Below are positions 1-13,317 of a stretch of 64,000 bases of DNA, one piece after another. The position numbers and the translations under genes are program-made. Position 1 is the stretch's first letter. Each line of letters begins with the position of its first letter. Origin of the DNA: Octopus sinensis (taxonomy: Eukaryota); the NCBI RefSeq assembly GCF_006345805.1, contig NC_043024.1, positions 15,252,001 through 15,316,000 on the forward strand. Direction: 5' to 3'. Below the pieces are notes generated by a model. It was not told where the DNA came from and did no database searches. It saw only the letters and a program-made list of their open reading frames with translations.

Positions 1-345
1 CGGGGAGCATCTTAGGCATGTGCTGAGAGAAATTCTTTGGGGCTTGACTAATTCACCTCTGGAAACATGGGTGGTTCTTTCAATATCCTTAAACACCCTT
101 ATTCAGGACCTTTTGAGTAAGATGGGCTATTGATCTGAAGAAAATTCTAACGGGGCCCCACCTGCAAGGTCATGCACTGTTATCTTGATATGAGATCGCC
201 ATGTCGTGCACATATGGTTGCGATGCATGTGCCTGATGTACCCTTATCAGATGGGTAGTCACGATGGGTATACTAGGCTTCGTATAGTTTACCCCAGTGT
301 CACTTTGAGGGCATGCACTGCTCTCTCACTCAATGATAATAATAA
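1..345 (+). repeat. Partial copy of the (AAT)n-tailed repeat (cut by the window edge)
   Basis: Colinear with 1141-1485. Confidence 0.7.
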
Positions 346-387
346 TAATAACAATAATAATAACAATAATAATGCCATAAATACCAA

Positions 388-790
388 TATGCAAGATTGA
401 TGTCTTGCAAAAAGCAGCCTTATTGGGCACAGCGCACATCTTAAGTAGTGTATTATCTGTCTGAGGTCCTTGTGACTTGACAGATGACTAAGACTCTGGT
501 GCATTTTCACCTACACTGTGTTATGAAAGAATAATAATAATAATAATGATTATAGGATGTTCTGGTGACAACAGAATCAAAGAGAAAGAAGAAGAAAAAA
601 TGAACAACTATGACGATTTGAAGTGGGAAGTACTAAGGTTGTGGTCAATGAAGAGAGTAGATGTGATAGAAATAGTAATTGGTGCACTCAATTACCAGCA
701 TGGCTCAGAAAGATTGATACAAATGTAAAGGTAGAACACCTACAAAAACCAACATTACTTGGAACTGCAAGAATTCTTTGCAGGGTGGCT
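388..790 (+). mobile_element. Two R4/Dong-like (RLE) LINE C-terminal fragments between (AAT)n runs
   Basis: LQKAALLGTAHIL with 3' UTR and (AAT)n (388-545); GDNRIKEKEEEK..YDDLKWEV.RLW.MK.V.VI.IVIGAL...EHLQK..LLGTARIL (546-790). Confidence 0.7.
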
Positions 791-1029
791 GTGTGGTAAG
801 TAGACAGCTTACCAACCATATGATTCCGGGTTCAGTCCCACTGCATGGCACCTTGGGCAAATATCTACTATAGCCTCGGGCTGACCAAAGCCTTGTGAGT
901 GGATTTGGTAGATGGAGACTGAAAGAAGCCCTACCAAAAATGTGACGCACCCACAAACATTTAAGAAACAAGATAAAGCAAACAGAATAAACAGCTGAAA
1001 AAAGAAATCGCTGCATGGGCAATGCAAGA

Positions 1030-1485
1030 CTATTCTGCTCACTACCACAGATTTGCTTGTCAGTTGTTTGACCTTAACCAGTTGAGCATGTCCCTTAGTG
1101 GCTGATGATATGTGCATCTCTGATCAAGAGCAGAAGTAGTCGGGGAGCATCTTAGGCATGTGCTGAGAGAAATCCTTTGGGGTTTGACTAATTCACCTCT
1201 GGAAAGATAAGTGTTTCATTCATCATCCTTAAACAAACCTTATTGAGGGACCTTTTGAGTAAGATGGGCTACTTGATCTGAAGAAAATTCTAACTGGGAC
1301 CCACCTGCAAGGTCATGCACTGTTTATCTCGATATGAGATCACCATGTTGCGCACATATGGTTGCGATGCAATGTGCCTGGTGTACCTTTATCAGACGGG
1401 TAGTCATGATGGGTATGTTGGGCTTCGTATATTTTACCCCAGTGTCACTTTGATGGCATGAACTGCTCTCTCACTCAAAGATAAC
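1030..1485 (+). repeat. Second copy of the (AAT)n-tailed repeat
   Basis: Colinear with 20072-20530. Confidence 0.75.
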
Positions 1486-1516
1486 AATAATAATGATAAT
1501 GATGATGAGGAGGACA

Positions 1517-1561
<45 letters not shown>

Positions 1562-1665
1562 GTTATCGTTATTATTATTATTATTGTTATCGTTATTATT
1601 AGGCAGTGACATTGAATAATTAAGTTTTTACAAAGGAAGACAAAAATTAACTAAATAAAAGAAAT

Positions 1666-1724
<59 letters not shown>

Positions 1725-2978
1725 GTGTGCCTTGGGTATGTGCTGTGGTTTGTTGTGGTATTTTTATTTTCACTTATTATTATTATTATTACTATTATTA
1801 TTATTAATTCCTAATGAAAAAATTTATACACTGAATAATTAAGTTTTTACAAAAGAAAACAAAAATTAACTAAACAAAGGATTATTATTACTATTGTTGT
1901 TATTATTATTATTATTATTATCATTATTATTATTATTATGTTATAATTATTTCTGATTGCTCTGCACACTTCCCTTTAATTAATCATTTCACCACATTGA
2001 TAATACTGTACTGTTCCTCTATCCCCAACACCACCAACACCACATGCTTCTATAATCCTTTATGTTTAATCCTCTACATTTAACACCACAAGTCTTTTAA
2101 TCCATCCTCGTTCTGTTCACCACATCAACTGTTCATCTGCCATTCTATGCCTCCTCCACCACCACACAACCACCACCACCACTGCCGCTACAATATAAAC
2201 AGACTATACCTTCTCTTCTCTCTCTTTCTCTCTTCCTATCTCCCTTTCCCCTTATCTTCCCTCTTTCTCTTCTCCCTCCACCTCTTCTACTCCCTCTTCC
2301 CCCTCCTCCTCCTCTCCCCTCCCTCTATTCCCTCCTCCTCCTCCTCCTCCCCTCCACTTCTCCTCCTCCTCTTCCTCTTTCTCTTTCCATCCCCCTCTTC
2401 CTCTTTCCATCCTCCTCTTCTTCTTTCCATTCTCCACTTCCTCTTTCCATCTTCCTCTTCCCCTTCTTCTTCCCCTCCTCCTCTCCTTCCTCCTCTTCAC
2501 TTCCTCTCCCCTCTTCCCCTCCCTCTCTACTTCCTCTTCCCCCCTTCCCCTCTTCCTCATCTTCTTGCTCCCCTCCCCACCTTCCACTCCTTTACCCATC
2601 TTCCCCCTCTCCTCTTACCCCATTCTCTAACTAAATGTCTGCTTGGCAAACACCTTTCATATCCGTCTCTGCTAAATGATTCCAGGCTTCAGCCAACACG
2701 AAATGCAACACTTTGTCACTCAGCCTCCTAGAAATAGCAACAGACCGCTTAGTCATGTGGTTGGTCATGGGGATTAGTATGGCTGAAGTCCCGACCATGT
2801 ATAAAAGATGCTTCCACCACTCTTTGCAAAGCAATTGGCGTTAGAAAGAGCAGCCAGCCATACAAACCATTATAAAACTGAGACAGTGAAGTGAAGTACA
2901 TCCATCGAACCATAGGATGTTGTCAAACACTCCAGAAGATGACAGCATAAAAGGGATTATGATAATGTGTGTGTGTGT

Positions 2979-3173
2979 GTGGCTGTGTGGTAAGTAGCTT
3001 GCTTACCAACCACATGGTTCCGGGTTCAGTCCCACTGCGTGGCATCTTGGGCAAGTGTCTTCTACTATAGCCCCGGGCCGACCAATGCCTTGTGAGTGGA
3101 TTTGGTAGACAGAAACTGAAAGAAGCCTGTTGTATATATGTATATATATATATATTATATATATATATATATT

Positions 3174-3218
<45 letters not shown>

Positions 3219-3432
3219 ATGTTTGTGTGTCTGTGTTTGTCCCCCTAGCATTGCTTAACAACTGATGCTGGTTGTGTTTACGTCCCCGTCAATTAGTGGT
3301 TTGGCAAAAGAGAACGATAGAATAAGTACTAGACTTACAAAGAATAAGTCCTGGGGTCGATTTGTTTGACTAAAGGTGGTGCTCCAGCATGGCCGCAGTC
3401 AAATGACTGAAACAAGTAAAAGAGTAAAAGAG
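2979..3432 (+). mobile_element. tRNA-derived SINE family A (internal TA/TG tract, AAGAGT tail), full copy
   Basis: GTGGCTGTGTGGTAAG / GGGTTCAGTCCC head and a conserved body; roughly 20 full or partial copies in the window. Confidence 0.85.
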
Positions 3433-3595
3433 TGTGTGTGTAGTTGTTTGGTAAGACATTCCCTTCTCAACCACATGGTTCTGGGTTCAGTCCCACAGTA
3501 TGACACTTTGAGCAAGTGTCTTCTACTATAGCCTTGAGCCAACCAAAACCTTATGAATGGACTTGGTAGATGGAAACTGAAAGTAGCCTGTTGTG

Positions 3596-4110
3596 CAGGC
3601 ATGGCACACAGGCACAGGCATGGCATGTAGGCACAGGTGTGGCATGTAGGCACAGGTGTGGCATGTAGGCACAGGCATGGCATGTAGGCACAGGTGTGGC
3701 ATGTAGGCACAGGTGTGGCATATAGGCACAAGTGTGACATGTAGGCACAGGCATGGCATGTAGGCACAGGTGTGGCATGTAGGCACAGGTGTGACATGTA
3801 GGCACAGGTGTGGCATGTAGGCACAGGTGTGGCATGTAGGCACAGGTGTGGCATGTAGGCACAGGTGTGGCATGTAGGCACAGGTGTGGCATGTAGGCAC
3901 AGGTGTGGCATGTAGGCACAAGTGTGGCACACAGGCACAGGCATGGCATGTCGGCACAGGTATGGCATGTAGGCACAGGTGTGGCATATAGGCACAGGTG
4001 TGACATATAGGCACAGGTGTTGAACACAGGCACAGGCATGGCATGTAGGCACAGGCATGGCATGTAGGCACAGGTGTGGCATGGAGGCACAGGTGTGGCA
4101 TGTAGGCAAA
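3596..4110. repeat. 20-bp minisatellite (GTGGCATGTAGGCACAGGT-type) between SINE halves
   Basis: About 25 tandem units seen directly. Confidence 0.9.
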
Positions 4111-4289
4111 GGCATGGGTGTGTAGTAAGAAGCTTGCTTCCCAACTACAAAGTTCCGGATTCAGTCCCACTACGTACCACTTTAGGCAAGTGTCTTCTAC
4201 TATAGCCTTGGGCTGACCAAGGCCTTGTGAGTGAATTTGGTAGATGGAAACTGAAAGAAGCCTGTCGTATATATATGTGTATATGATCA

Positions 4290-4578
4290 CGTCACGTGAC
4301 CAACCAGTCCATCAGATGTAGTTACACATCGCTGGTCACAATGCGTTCGCATTGTTTTAGCCATCGAATGACGCCACCCCGCTGGCTAAGCGAGCGGGGC
4401 GACAGAAGAAAGAGTGGTGAAAGAGTACGGCAGGGATCACCACCCCCTGCCGGAGCCTCGTGGAGCTTTTAGGTGTTTTTGCTTAATAAACACTCACAAC
4501 GCCCAGTCTGGGAATAAAACCGCGATCCTACGACCGCGAGTCCGCTGCCCTAACCACTGGGCCATTGCGCCTCCACAT
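4290..4578 (-). mobile_element. tRNA-derived SINE (family C)
   Basis: Head GGAGGCGCAATGGCCCAGTGGTTAGGGCAGCGGACTCGCGG with A/B-box-like motifs; no tRNA acceptor stem. Confidence 0.7.
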
Positions 4579-5034
4579 ATGTGTATGTGTGTGTTTATAT
4601 ATATCATCATGATGATCATCATTTAACATCCTTTGTCCATGCTGGCATGGGTTGGATAGTTTCACTGGGCTGGCACGCTGGAAGGCTGCACCAGGATCCA
4701 GTCTGATTTGGCATGGTTTTCTATGCCCTTCCTAATGTCAGCCACTCCGAGAGTGCAATGGGTGCTTTTACGTGCCACTGGCACGGGTACCATTTGTGTG
4801 ACATAGGGCTGCTTTTACATGCACTGGCATGGGTGCCAATTTGCATGACACCAGTATCTGTCACAACTGCGATTTTGCTCAGCTTGATGGGTCTTCTTCT
4901 CAAGCACGACATAATGCAAAGGTCTCAGTCATTGCCTCCATGAGGCCCAACACACAAATGGAACTCAGCTACTTTGCCTTTGTGAGGTCCAATGCTCAAG
5001 AGGAACTCAGCCACTTTACCTCATTTCTTTTTCT

Positions 5035-5228
5035 TTCTTTTACTTGTTTCAGTCATTTGACTGCAGCCATGCTGGAGCACCACCTTTAGTTGAGCAAATC
5101 GACCCCGGGACTTATTCTTTGTAAGCCCAGTACTTATTCTATCGGTCTCTTTTTGCCAAACCGCTAAGTTACGGGGATGTAAACACACCAGCATCAGTTG
5201 TCAAGCAATGTTGGGGGGACAAACACAG

Positions 5229-5276
<48 letters not shown>

Positions 5277-5437
5277 CAGGCTTCTTTCAGCTTCCGTCTA
5301 CCAAATCCACTCACAAGGCATTGGTCAGCCCGGGGCTATAGCAGAAGGCACTTGCCCAAGATGCCACGCAGTGGGACTGAACCCGGAACCATGTGGTTGG
5401 TTAGCAAGCTACTTACCACACAGCCACTCCTGCGCCT
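5035..5437 (-). mobile_element. SINE family A, full copy
   Basis: Reverse complement of the same consensus. Confidence 0.85.
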
Positions 5438-6210
5438 GTATATATATATTTATCTATGTGTGTGTGTCTGTATTTGTCCCCCCCCCCATCACTGCTTGAC
5501 AATTGGTGTTGGTGTGTTTGCATCCCAGTAATTTAGATATCCAACAAAAGAGACAGAATAAGTATTTTGGCTCAACAAATAAGTCTTGGGGGTCAATTTG
5601 TTCACCTAAAACTTTTCAAGGCAGTGCTCCAGCATGGCTGCAGTCAAATGACTGAACCAAGTACAAGAATACACATATGTGCACCACACACACACACACA
5701 CAAGGAAAATGTTAGAGAGAGTTTATTGATCTCTGTTAATTCCAATGATGGATATTCAGTCTTCCAGTCCGTTGAACTTATTAGTCACTAGCTATGTATT
5801 TAAGGGGGTGAGTATTCCATGGACATGAGTACCCTTAATATAATCCTAAAGTGCAATCAACATAACACACTGTGTGGCAATGCTGAGCCTTTTGAATTAC
5901 AGGTACAATCTAGCGGATGGGTTTCAGCACAGTTTCTGTTTATCTAAGTCTCATTCACAAGATTCCAATCAGGAGGAATGAAAGTGAGAGCTTGAGATTA
6001 TAAAATGAGATTTTTAACAGTTCAGAAGACATGCAACACACACACACAACACGCGTATATAGATACATACCTTATTTTTCTCATATATATATGTGTGTGT
6101 GTGTGTAGAAACATATGCATATACCCATCTATACATACTATACATATACAGAAAGAGGAAGAGGAGAGAGAGAGACCCATATATATATATATATATATAT
6201 ATAAATATAA

Positions 6211-6282
<72 letters not shown>

Positions 6283-6334
6283 TGTATGTATGTTTGTATG
6301 TATGTATGTATGTATATGTTATATTATATGTATG

Positions 6335-6366
<32 letters not shown>

Positions 6367-6536
6367 ATATATACAAATGCATAATGTGTGCGCATGTATA
6401 TATATATATATGTATATATACACATATATATATACTTATATACACACACACACACACAAATGGATGCGTCACATTCAGTTAAATAATAATGAATAATATA
6501 TATGTATATATATATACATATATATGCATATACCCA

Positions 6537-6599
<63 letters not shown>

Positions 6600-6637
6600 T
6601 ATATATATATATATGCGTATAAGCATATATATATTAT

Positions 6638-6673
<36 letters not shown>

Positions 6674-7059
6674 ATGTATGTGTGTGTGTATATATATATA
6701 CACATACATGTGTATTATATATAAAATATAAATACATGTATTTGAGTTGATGTAGGTTTTTCAGAACTGGTCAAACTGAAACTACGGTAATAACGAAGCA
6801 ATCACAAGATTTGAACCCGCTTTCATCCTATTGAAGCGTTAATAGTGAATCAAGTGGAGCATAACGACCTCTCATCGAATCACACATTGGTGTGGTCGAG
6901 AAACCACGTTTCCATTAATTATCTGTTTTGTTTCCCTTCACACAACCACCAACGTTGTGTGTGTGTTGACACTAAAGTAATATTTAGTTTTGAGCTGTTT
7001 AATTAAAACTCATCATAAGAGTTATAATCACGGTAGTATACTTCGTTTAAAAAGAAAAC

Positions 7060-7580
7060 GAGATGAGGAAGGAGGAGGGAGAGGAGATAGGGAGAATAAA
7101 AAGGAGGAGGAGGAGAAGAAAGAAAAGGAGGAGGGGCGGAGAAGAAGATGAGGGAAGAAGAAGAAGGAAAAGGAGGAGGGGAGGAGGTAGGGAAAATAAA
7201 AAGGAGGAAGAGAAGGAAAAGGAGGAGGGAGAGGAGGTAGGGAGAATAAAAAGGAGGAGGGGTGGAGAAGAAGATGAGGGAAGAAGAAGAAGGAAAAGGA
7301 GGCAGGGGAGGAGGTAGGGAGAATAAAAAGGAGGAGGGGTGGAGAAGAAGATGAGGGAAGAAGAAGAAGGAAAAGGAGGCAGGGGAGGAGGTAGGGAGAA
7401 TAAAAAGGAGGAAGAGAAGGAAAAGGAGAGGGATGGAGAAGAAGATGAGGGAAGAGGAGGAGGAGGAGGAGGAAGAGGGGGTAGAAGAATGAAGAAAAAG
7501 AAAAGGAAGGAAAAGAAGGAAAGAGATGATATAAAAGTAAGAAATATAAGAAAGAAAGAAAAGAAGAAAGAAAGAAGAAA
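7060..7580. repeat. Purine-rich (GGA/GAA) low-complexity tract with longer-period repeats
   Basis: Seen directly; a pyrimidine mirror lies at ~2200-2620. Confidence 0.9.
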
Positions 7581-8052
7581 CCTCATTACTAAGTTTTTAT
7601 AGTTTCCTTGTATCTACCCAGCCACCCAGTTTAATCCTGTCTATCATTACTCTCATATCAACCTTTCTGTAAATTGAGGGTAACACCCTGACAAGTCTTC
7701 ATCACCAACTTTTCTCTATTCCAACTAGGATAGCCCTGTATGTCCCCCCACAGCAAGATACTTGCCCCTGTTCCTCTGTCATACTTTGACCTCTCATCAC
7801 CTGACACAAAGCCCCCACCCTCAATATCACTCCCCACCCAGTGGAGGAAGTCTTGTTTTGCGAGATATTTGGTTACTTCACTTCATACTAGTGCCAAGGA
7901 AAATGCACCCAGTCACACTCTGCAAAGTGGTTGGCATTAGGAAGGGCTTCTAGCCATAAGTAAAATAAAGTTCCTTCTTGAGTCATGTCAACTAATAAGC
8001 ACCAGATTCTTGTCCCAGCTGACCTGGGCCCTCGGAAAGGAAGCTTTGCTGT

Positions 8053-8530
8053 TTGAAGAGAATTGTGGAAAATGAACCCCGTTCAAAGGCTTCTGATATT
8101 GCAAAACAGCTAAAAGTTAGTCCAAGAACATGTGTTACATATCTGCATAAATACTCATATTATGGACGAGCAGCTAGGAGAAAATCTCTACTTCAGCCAA
8201 TTAATATCATGAAAAGAAAGAAATGGGCTAAGTAAATGTCGGAAAAATCCAGTTCATTTTGGGATAGAGTGATTTTCTCAGATGAATCCAGATTTGCATT
8301 ATTTTGCAACAGTGGACGTATTTGGGTCTGCAGGCTTCCCAATCAATAATTTGATTTGAAACGACTCCAACCAACTGTGAAACATGGCGATATCTCTGTA
8401 ATGGCATGAGGAGCTGTCACCAGCAACGGTCGTTCTGAGCTGATTGAATGTGTTACAACAATAAACTCTGAAAAATGCATCGAAATACTTAAGCAAGGAC
8501 TACTTCTGATGTATTCACACGATAACATAT
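8053..8530 (+). pseudogene. Tc1-family transposase relic
   Basis: Read through stops: LHKYSYYGRAARRK.LL...RKKWAK...FWDRVIFSDESRF...LQPTVKHG..SVM. Confidence 0.85.
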
Positions 8531-8746
8531 ATACGACGACTGTCTTTGAGTTTCTGTCTACCAAATCCACTCACAAGGCTTTGGTCAGTCTGAGATTATA
8601 GTAGAAGACACTTGCCCAAGGTGCTACTCAGTGGGTCTGAACCCAGAACCATGTGGGTTGGTAAACAAACAATTTACCACACAGCCACTCCTGTGCCTAT
8701 ATATATATGTGATTGATAATGTCTATTAAAGGTAGCACTGCTTTTA

Positions 8747-9145
8747 CGAGGCGGTATCAAAAGGGTCCGGGACTAATTATGTTTAATATAAAATAACTTA
8801 TTTACATAATTATTAACATCATCTCCTTTGAACTAGTCACCTTGCACAGCAATATATGGGTCCCAGCATTCCTGGAAGTCGTTTTCTATGAGCAGGTTGA
8901 GGACCTTCTGCGATTCACTCTGGATCCTTCACAATGGTGTTAAAACAGCAACCTTTGAGCCGCATTTTCATCTTGGGGAAAAGATGGAAGTCTTTTATTG
9001 GGCAGGTGCAAAAGCAATACCATGTTGTTTTTGGCAAAGAACTCACAAGTGAGGAGAGCTGAGGGAAGAATCCAATTCTTCGCGCTTCATCAATCCAGTT
9101 GCCTTCACCAAATGTCCTCCTTCAAATGCTTCAAAATGTCACAGA
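8747..9145 (-). mobile_element. Mariner relic (3' TIR plus transposase C-terminus)
   Basis: TA-CGAGGCGGTATCAAAAG TIR; minus strand encodes LFPKMKMRLKG..F.TI / IQSESQKVLN...NDFQE...QGD.F.GD. Confidence 0.75.
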
Positions 9146-9228
9146 ACATAGGGCATAGGAGTGGCTGTGTGGTAAGTAGCTATAGGCACAGGAGTGGCTG
9201 TGTGGTAATGATGTTAATAATTATGTAA

Positions 9229-9648
9229 AGGTGCAGGAGTGGCAGTGTGGTAAGTAGCTTGCTTACCAACCACATGGTTCTGGGTTCAGTCCCAGTGCGT
9301 GGCAATTTGGGCAAGTGTCTTCTACTATAGCCTTGGGTCGACCAAAGCCTTGTGAGTGGATTAGTTAAATGGAAACTGAAAGAAGCCTGTCGTATATATG
9401 TATATATATGTGTATGTGTGTGTGTATATGTTTGTGTGTCTGTTTGTCTCCCCAACATCGCTTGACAACAGATGCTGGTGTGTTTACATCCCCGTAACTT
9501 AGCGGTTCGGCAAAAGAGACTAGTAGAATAAGTACTAGGCTTACAAAGAATAAGTCCTGGGGTCGATTTGCTCGACTAAAGGTGGTGCTCCAGCATGGCC
9601 ACAGTCAAATGACTGAAACAAGTAAAAGAGTAAAAGAGAGAGTAAAAG
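9229..9648 (+). mobile_element. SINE family A, full copy preceded by two extra head fragments
   Basis: Consensus match; GGAGTGGCTGTGTGGTAA repeated at ~9157 and ~9191. Confidence 0.85.
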
Positions 9649-9842
9649 ACTAGAACTCTCGATTGAGTCTGGCCCCGGGAGAAGAATTCTGGATGCACAA
9701 TACCACATTTCCATGGGTGACCCTCACGGCAGGTCTTCCAGGTGGCTCACCATTTTTCAGAGACTTTTTTCCACTTTTGAATGACTTGTGCCACTTGAAA
9801 CATTGCACACAGCTTATTGCTTCAGCACCATAAACCCACTGG

Positions 9843-10075
9843 GGGTGGGGGTGGGCATTTCTTTATTGCCCATAGGGGATAAACAAAGACAAGCAAATGG
9901 ATAAAGTCAATTACATCGACCCCAGTGCACAACTGGTACTTATTCAATCAACCCCGACAAGATGAAAGGCAAAGTCGACCTCGGCGGAATTTGAACTCGG
10001 AATGTAACGACAGACAATATACCACTAAGCATTTCAGCCAGCGTGCTTACAATTCTGCCAGCTTGCCACCCTACC
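9843..10075 (-). mobile_element. tRNA-derived SINE family B (Deu/Nin-like central domain)
   Basis: GCCGAGGTCGACTTTGCCTTTCATC...GGGGT.GAT..ATAAGTACCAGTT domain. Other copies at 18125-18362, 45048-45258, 57785-58205, 59655-59875 and 59955-60165. Confidence 0.75.
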
Positions 10076-10452
10076 TACTACTAATATCACTGCAATCACC
10101 AGCACCAATGCTACTGCCCTACGAGTATTATCGCTACTACTACTACTACTACTACTGCTGCTTCTGCTGTTGCTGCTGCTGCTGCTGCTGCTACTACTAC
10201 TGCTACTACTACTGCTACTACTACTACTACTGCGTCACTCCATTCTGGTAGAAATGTTGTTATATGTTTTCATTGTCTTTCATAAAGAGGACTTTCTGAA
10301 AAAGTATTTAAATTGATAATGGGAATTTTATGCAAATGAAATTTTATTCTTAGACATGAAGAAATTTAATTATTACTTTTAAACCGTTCTTCTGTTAAAT
10401 TCTTCACTATATTATGTGTATATGTATATATATATATATATATGTATATATA

Positions 10453-10489
<37 letters not shown>

Positions 10490-10674
10490 TGTATACACAC
10501 ACACACATATATATGTATGTATATATACATACTTATATATGTATGTGTATGTATGTTTATGTGGGTGTGTATATATATATGCACACACATACATGTATAT
10601 ACATATACATATATACACATATATATATATATATATATATACACAGGCATAGGTGTGTGTATATATACATATAT

Positions 10675-11068
10675 AGGTGCAGGAGTGGCTGCATGGTAAG
10701 AAGCTTGCCACATGGTTCTGGGTTCAGTCCCGCTTCATGGCACCTTGGGTAAGTGTCTACAACTATAGCCACGGGCTGACCAAAGCCTTGTGAGTGGATT
10801 TGGTAGATGGAAACTGAAAGAAGCCCGTCATATATATGTATATATATATCTGTATGCATGTTTGTAATTTGTATTTGTGTTTGTCCTTCTACCATCGTCT
10901 GACAACTGATGTTGGTGTGTTTACATCCCTGTAACATAGCTGTTTGGCAAAAGAGACCAATAGAATAAGTACTATGCTTACAAAGAATAAGTCTTGGGGC
11001 CGATTTGTTTGACTAAAGGCAGTGCTCCAGCATGGCCACAGTCAAATGACTGAAACAAATAAAAGAAA
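10675..11068 (+). mobile_element. SINE family A
   Basis: Consensus match. Confidence 0.85.
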
Positions 11069-11600
11069 AATGACACAGTGCTTCACCCGGCTCAGGAATC
11101 GAAACCTCAATCTTATAATCATGAGTCCAGCACCCTAACCACTGAGCCACATACCTCCACTATAGTCTCATAGGACCAGTTTCCCAGTTTCATGGTGTAT
11201 ATATTTTGCACCTGGATGGAAAACCAGTTCGTTGCAGGATTACTCATTTTTGCCAGCTGAGTGAACAGGAGCAACATGAAATGAAGTGTCTTGCTCAAGA
11301 ACACACTGTATCACCCGGTCCAGGAATTGAACCAGAATCTTACTATCAGGAGTCCAACACCCTAACCACTATGCTATACACCTCCACTCAGTTTTGCACT
11401 GGAGGAGTGGGTGGTCCATGTAACCAACTAACAGACTTGTAGCTGTAGCAGAAAGGATTATAAAAGCAGGAACACTCTCAGGTGGGTTGGTATTAAAAGG
11501 GTTAACTCAATGTCAATAATTCTTAGATTTGTTTAAAGGTCGTTCTCCTTCCCAGAGCTCCATAAGTCAGAGAAAAGCAAGACCATTATGATTGAAAGAT

Positions 11601-11998
11601 AGGCGTAGGAGTGGCTGTGTGGTAAGTAGCTTGCTTACGAACCACATGGTTCCGGGTTCAGTCCCACTGCGTGGCACCTTGGGCAAGTGTCTTTTACGAT
11701 AGCCTCGGGCCGACCAAAACCTTGTGAGTGGATTTGGTAGGCGGAAACCGAAAGAAGCCCGTCGTATATATGTATATATGTGTGTTTGTGTGTTGTGTTT
11801 ATCCCCCCCCAATATCGCTTGACAACCGATGCTGGTGTGTTTATGTCCCCGTAACATAGCGGTTTGGCAAAAGAGACCAATAGAATAAGAACTAGGCTTA
11901 CAAAGAATAAGTTCTGGGTCGATTTGTTCGACTAAAGGCGGTGCTCCAGCATGGCCACAGTCAAATGACTGAAACAAGTAAAAGAGTAAAAGAGAGTA
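11601..11998 (+). mobile_element. SINE family A
   Basis: Consensus match. Confidence 0.85.
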
Positions 11999-12277
11999 AA
12001 TGAGTAACCAGATGCTGGGCTGACCAAGAGAGTCAGCAATGTTAAGCTTGAAAATTCTAATGGTTCCTTGATGGGTTTAGAGATTTGATGGTTGACTGTT
12101 GGCCCCTTGTTGGGTTCATCCACCCTCATTTACAAGGTATTGTATTTAGTACTGTCAGGGTGTCTATCCTCTGCCCCACTCCATGCACCAAGATTAGATC
12201 CTACTCTGGTGTCCCTGGTTTACATATTCACCAGTAGGGGTCTCGCTTATTCTTCCTGATCACACATTCTTTATTTT

Positions 12278-12657
12278 ACCTTTTACTTGTTTCAGTCATT
12301 AAACTGTGACCATGCTGGGGCACTGCCTCATAGAATTTCTTGTTGGATGAATCGACCCCATTACTTACTTTCTTTATTCTGTCAATTTCTTTTGCTGAAC
12401 CACTAAGTTATGGGGGATGTAAAAACAATAGAACCTGTTGTCAAACAATGATAGTGGGGGACAAACACAAACACATACACACACAAGTATATATAAATAC
12501 AAGATGGGCTTCTTTCAATTTCCATCCACCAGATCCATTCACAAGGCTTTGGTCGGCCCGAGGCTATAGTAAAAGACAAGGTGCCACGCAGTTGAACCGA
12601 ACCTGGAACTTAGTGGTTGGGAAGCAAGCTTCTTACCACACAGCCACACCTGTGCCT
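12278..12657 (-). mobile_element. SINE family A (diverged)
   Basis: Consensus match. Confidence 0.75.
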
Positions 12658-13317
12658 ATTTACTCTTTAAAATAACTTCTCTTTCATTTTTTTCTCTCAC
12701 TCTTTCTCTACTCCTTTCTTTATAGCCACCCCATTTAATATCATTATTTATTCTAAGAAATCCTTCCTTTCTTCGCATTTAGCCATTCCTTCTGAAGAGG
12801 ACATACTTTGCTTGTTGCATGTAGGTATCTATGTGTCATGGTTCATGTATATTGATATTATATTTGTCTATTAAATACATTAAATACTAATGTCCTTATG
12901 AAGTTTACTCTAATTGCCTCATATGTATAACAATATCCACAATTCACAGGATACATCGAAACAGCTGTAAAGACATGATTATATCATGTACAAGTATGTA
13001 ATGACTCATGTAAATATATTCCATACATGTATTCCAACTAGATGGTTTGTTAATCACTCTCTCTCTCTCCCTCTCTCTCTAATATATATATATTCTTTTA
13101 CTTGTTCCAGTGATTTTGACTGTTGCCATGTTGAAGTACCACCTTCAGTCAAACAAAACAATCCCAGGACTTATTCTTTGTAAGCCTAGTACTTATTCTA
13201 CCCTTTGGCTGAACTGCTTAGTTACAGGGATGTAAATACATCAACATCAGTTGTCAAACAATGGTGGGGGTAAAAACACGGACACACAAATACATATATA
13301 TATATATATATATATCA

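Noticed and set aside
3399-4290. Cys/His-rich repeat ORFs resembling metal-binding proteins (also 21877-22409)
   Set aside because: Open in several frames because they come from 20-bp and 26-bp minisatellites.
4500-4578. tRNA-like sequences (also SINE A/B heads and 42605-42670)
   Set aside because: A/B-box-like motifs only; no cloverleaf with an acceptor stem, and they continue into SINE or PLE bodies.
6005-6750. Many long ORFs (YIYI, THTH, HSLT, MYVC, poly-I and similar) here and at 10366-10752, 18626-19378, 21480-21904, 45606-45886 and 46683-48271
   Set aside because: Translations of (TA)n, (TATG)n, (CAT)n and (ACTC)n microsatellites; no domain content.
6760-7050. Possible exon or regulatory island (CpG-containing unique sequence; also 50700-51050)
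   Set aside because: No ORF, splice pair or recognisable motif that I can support.
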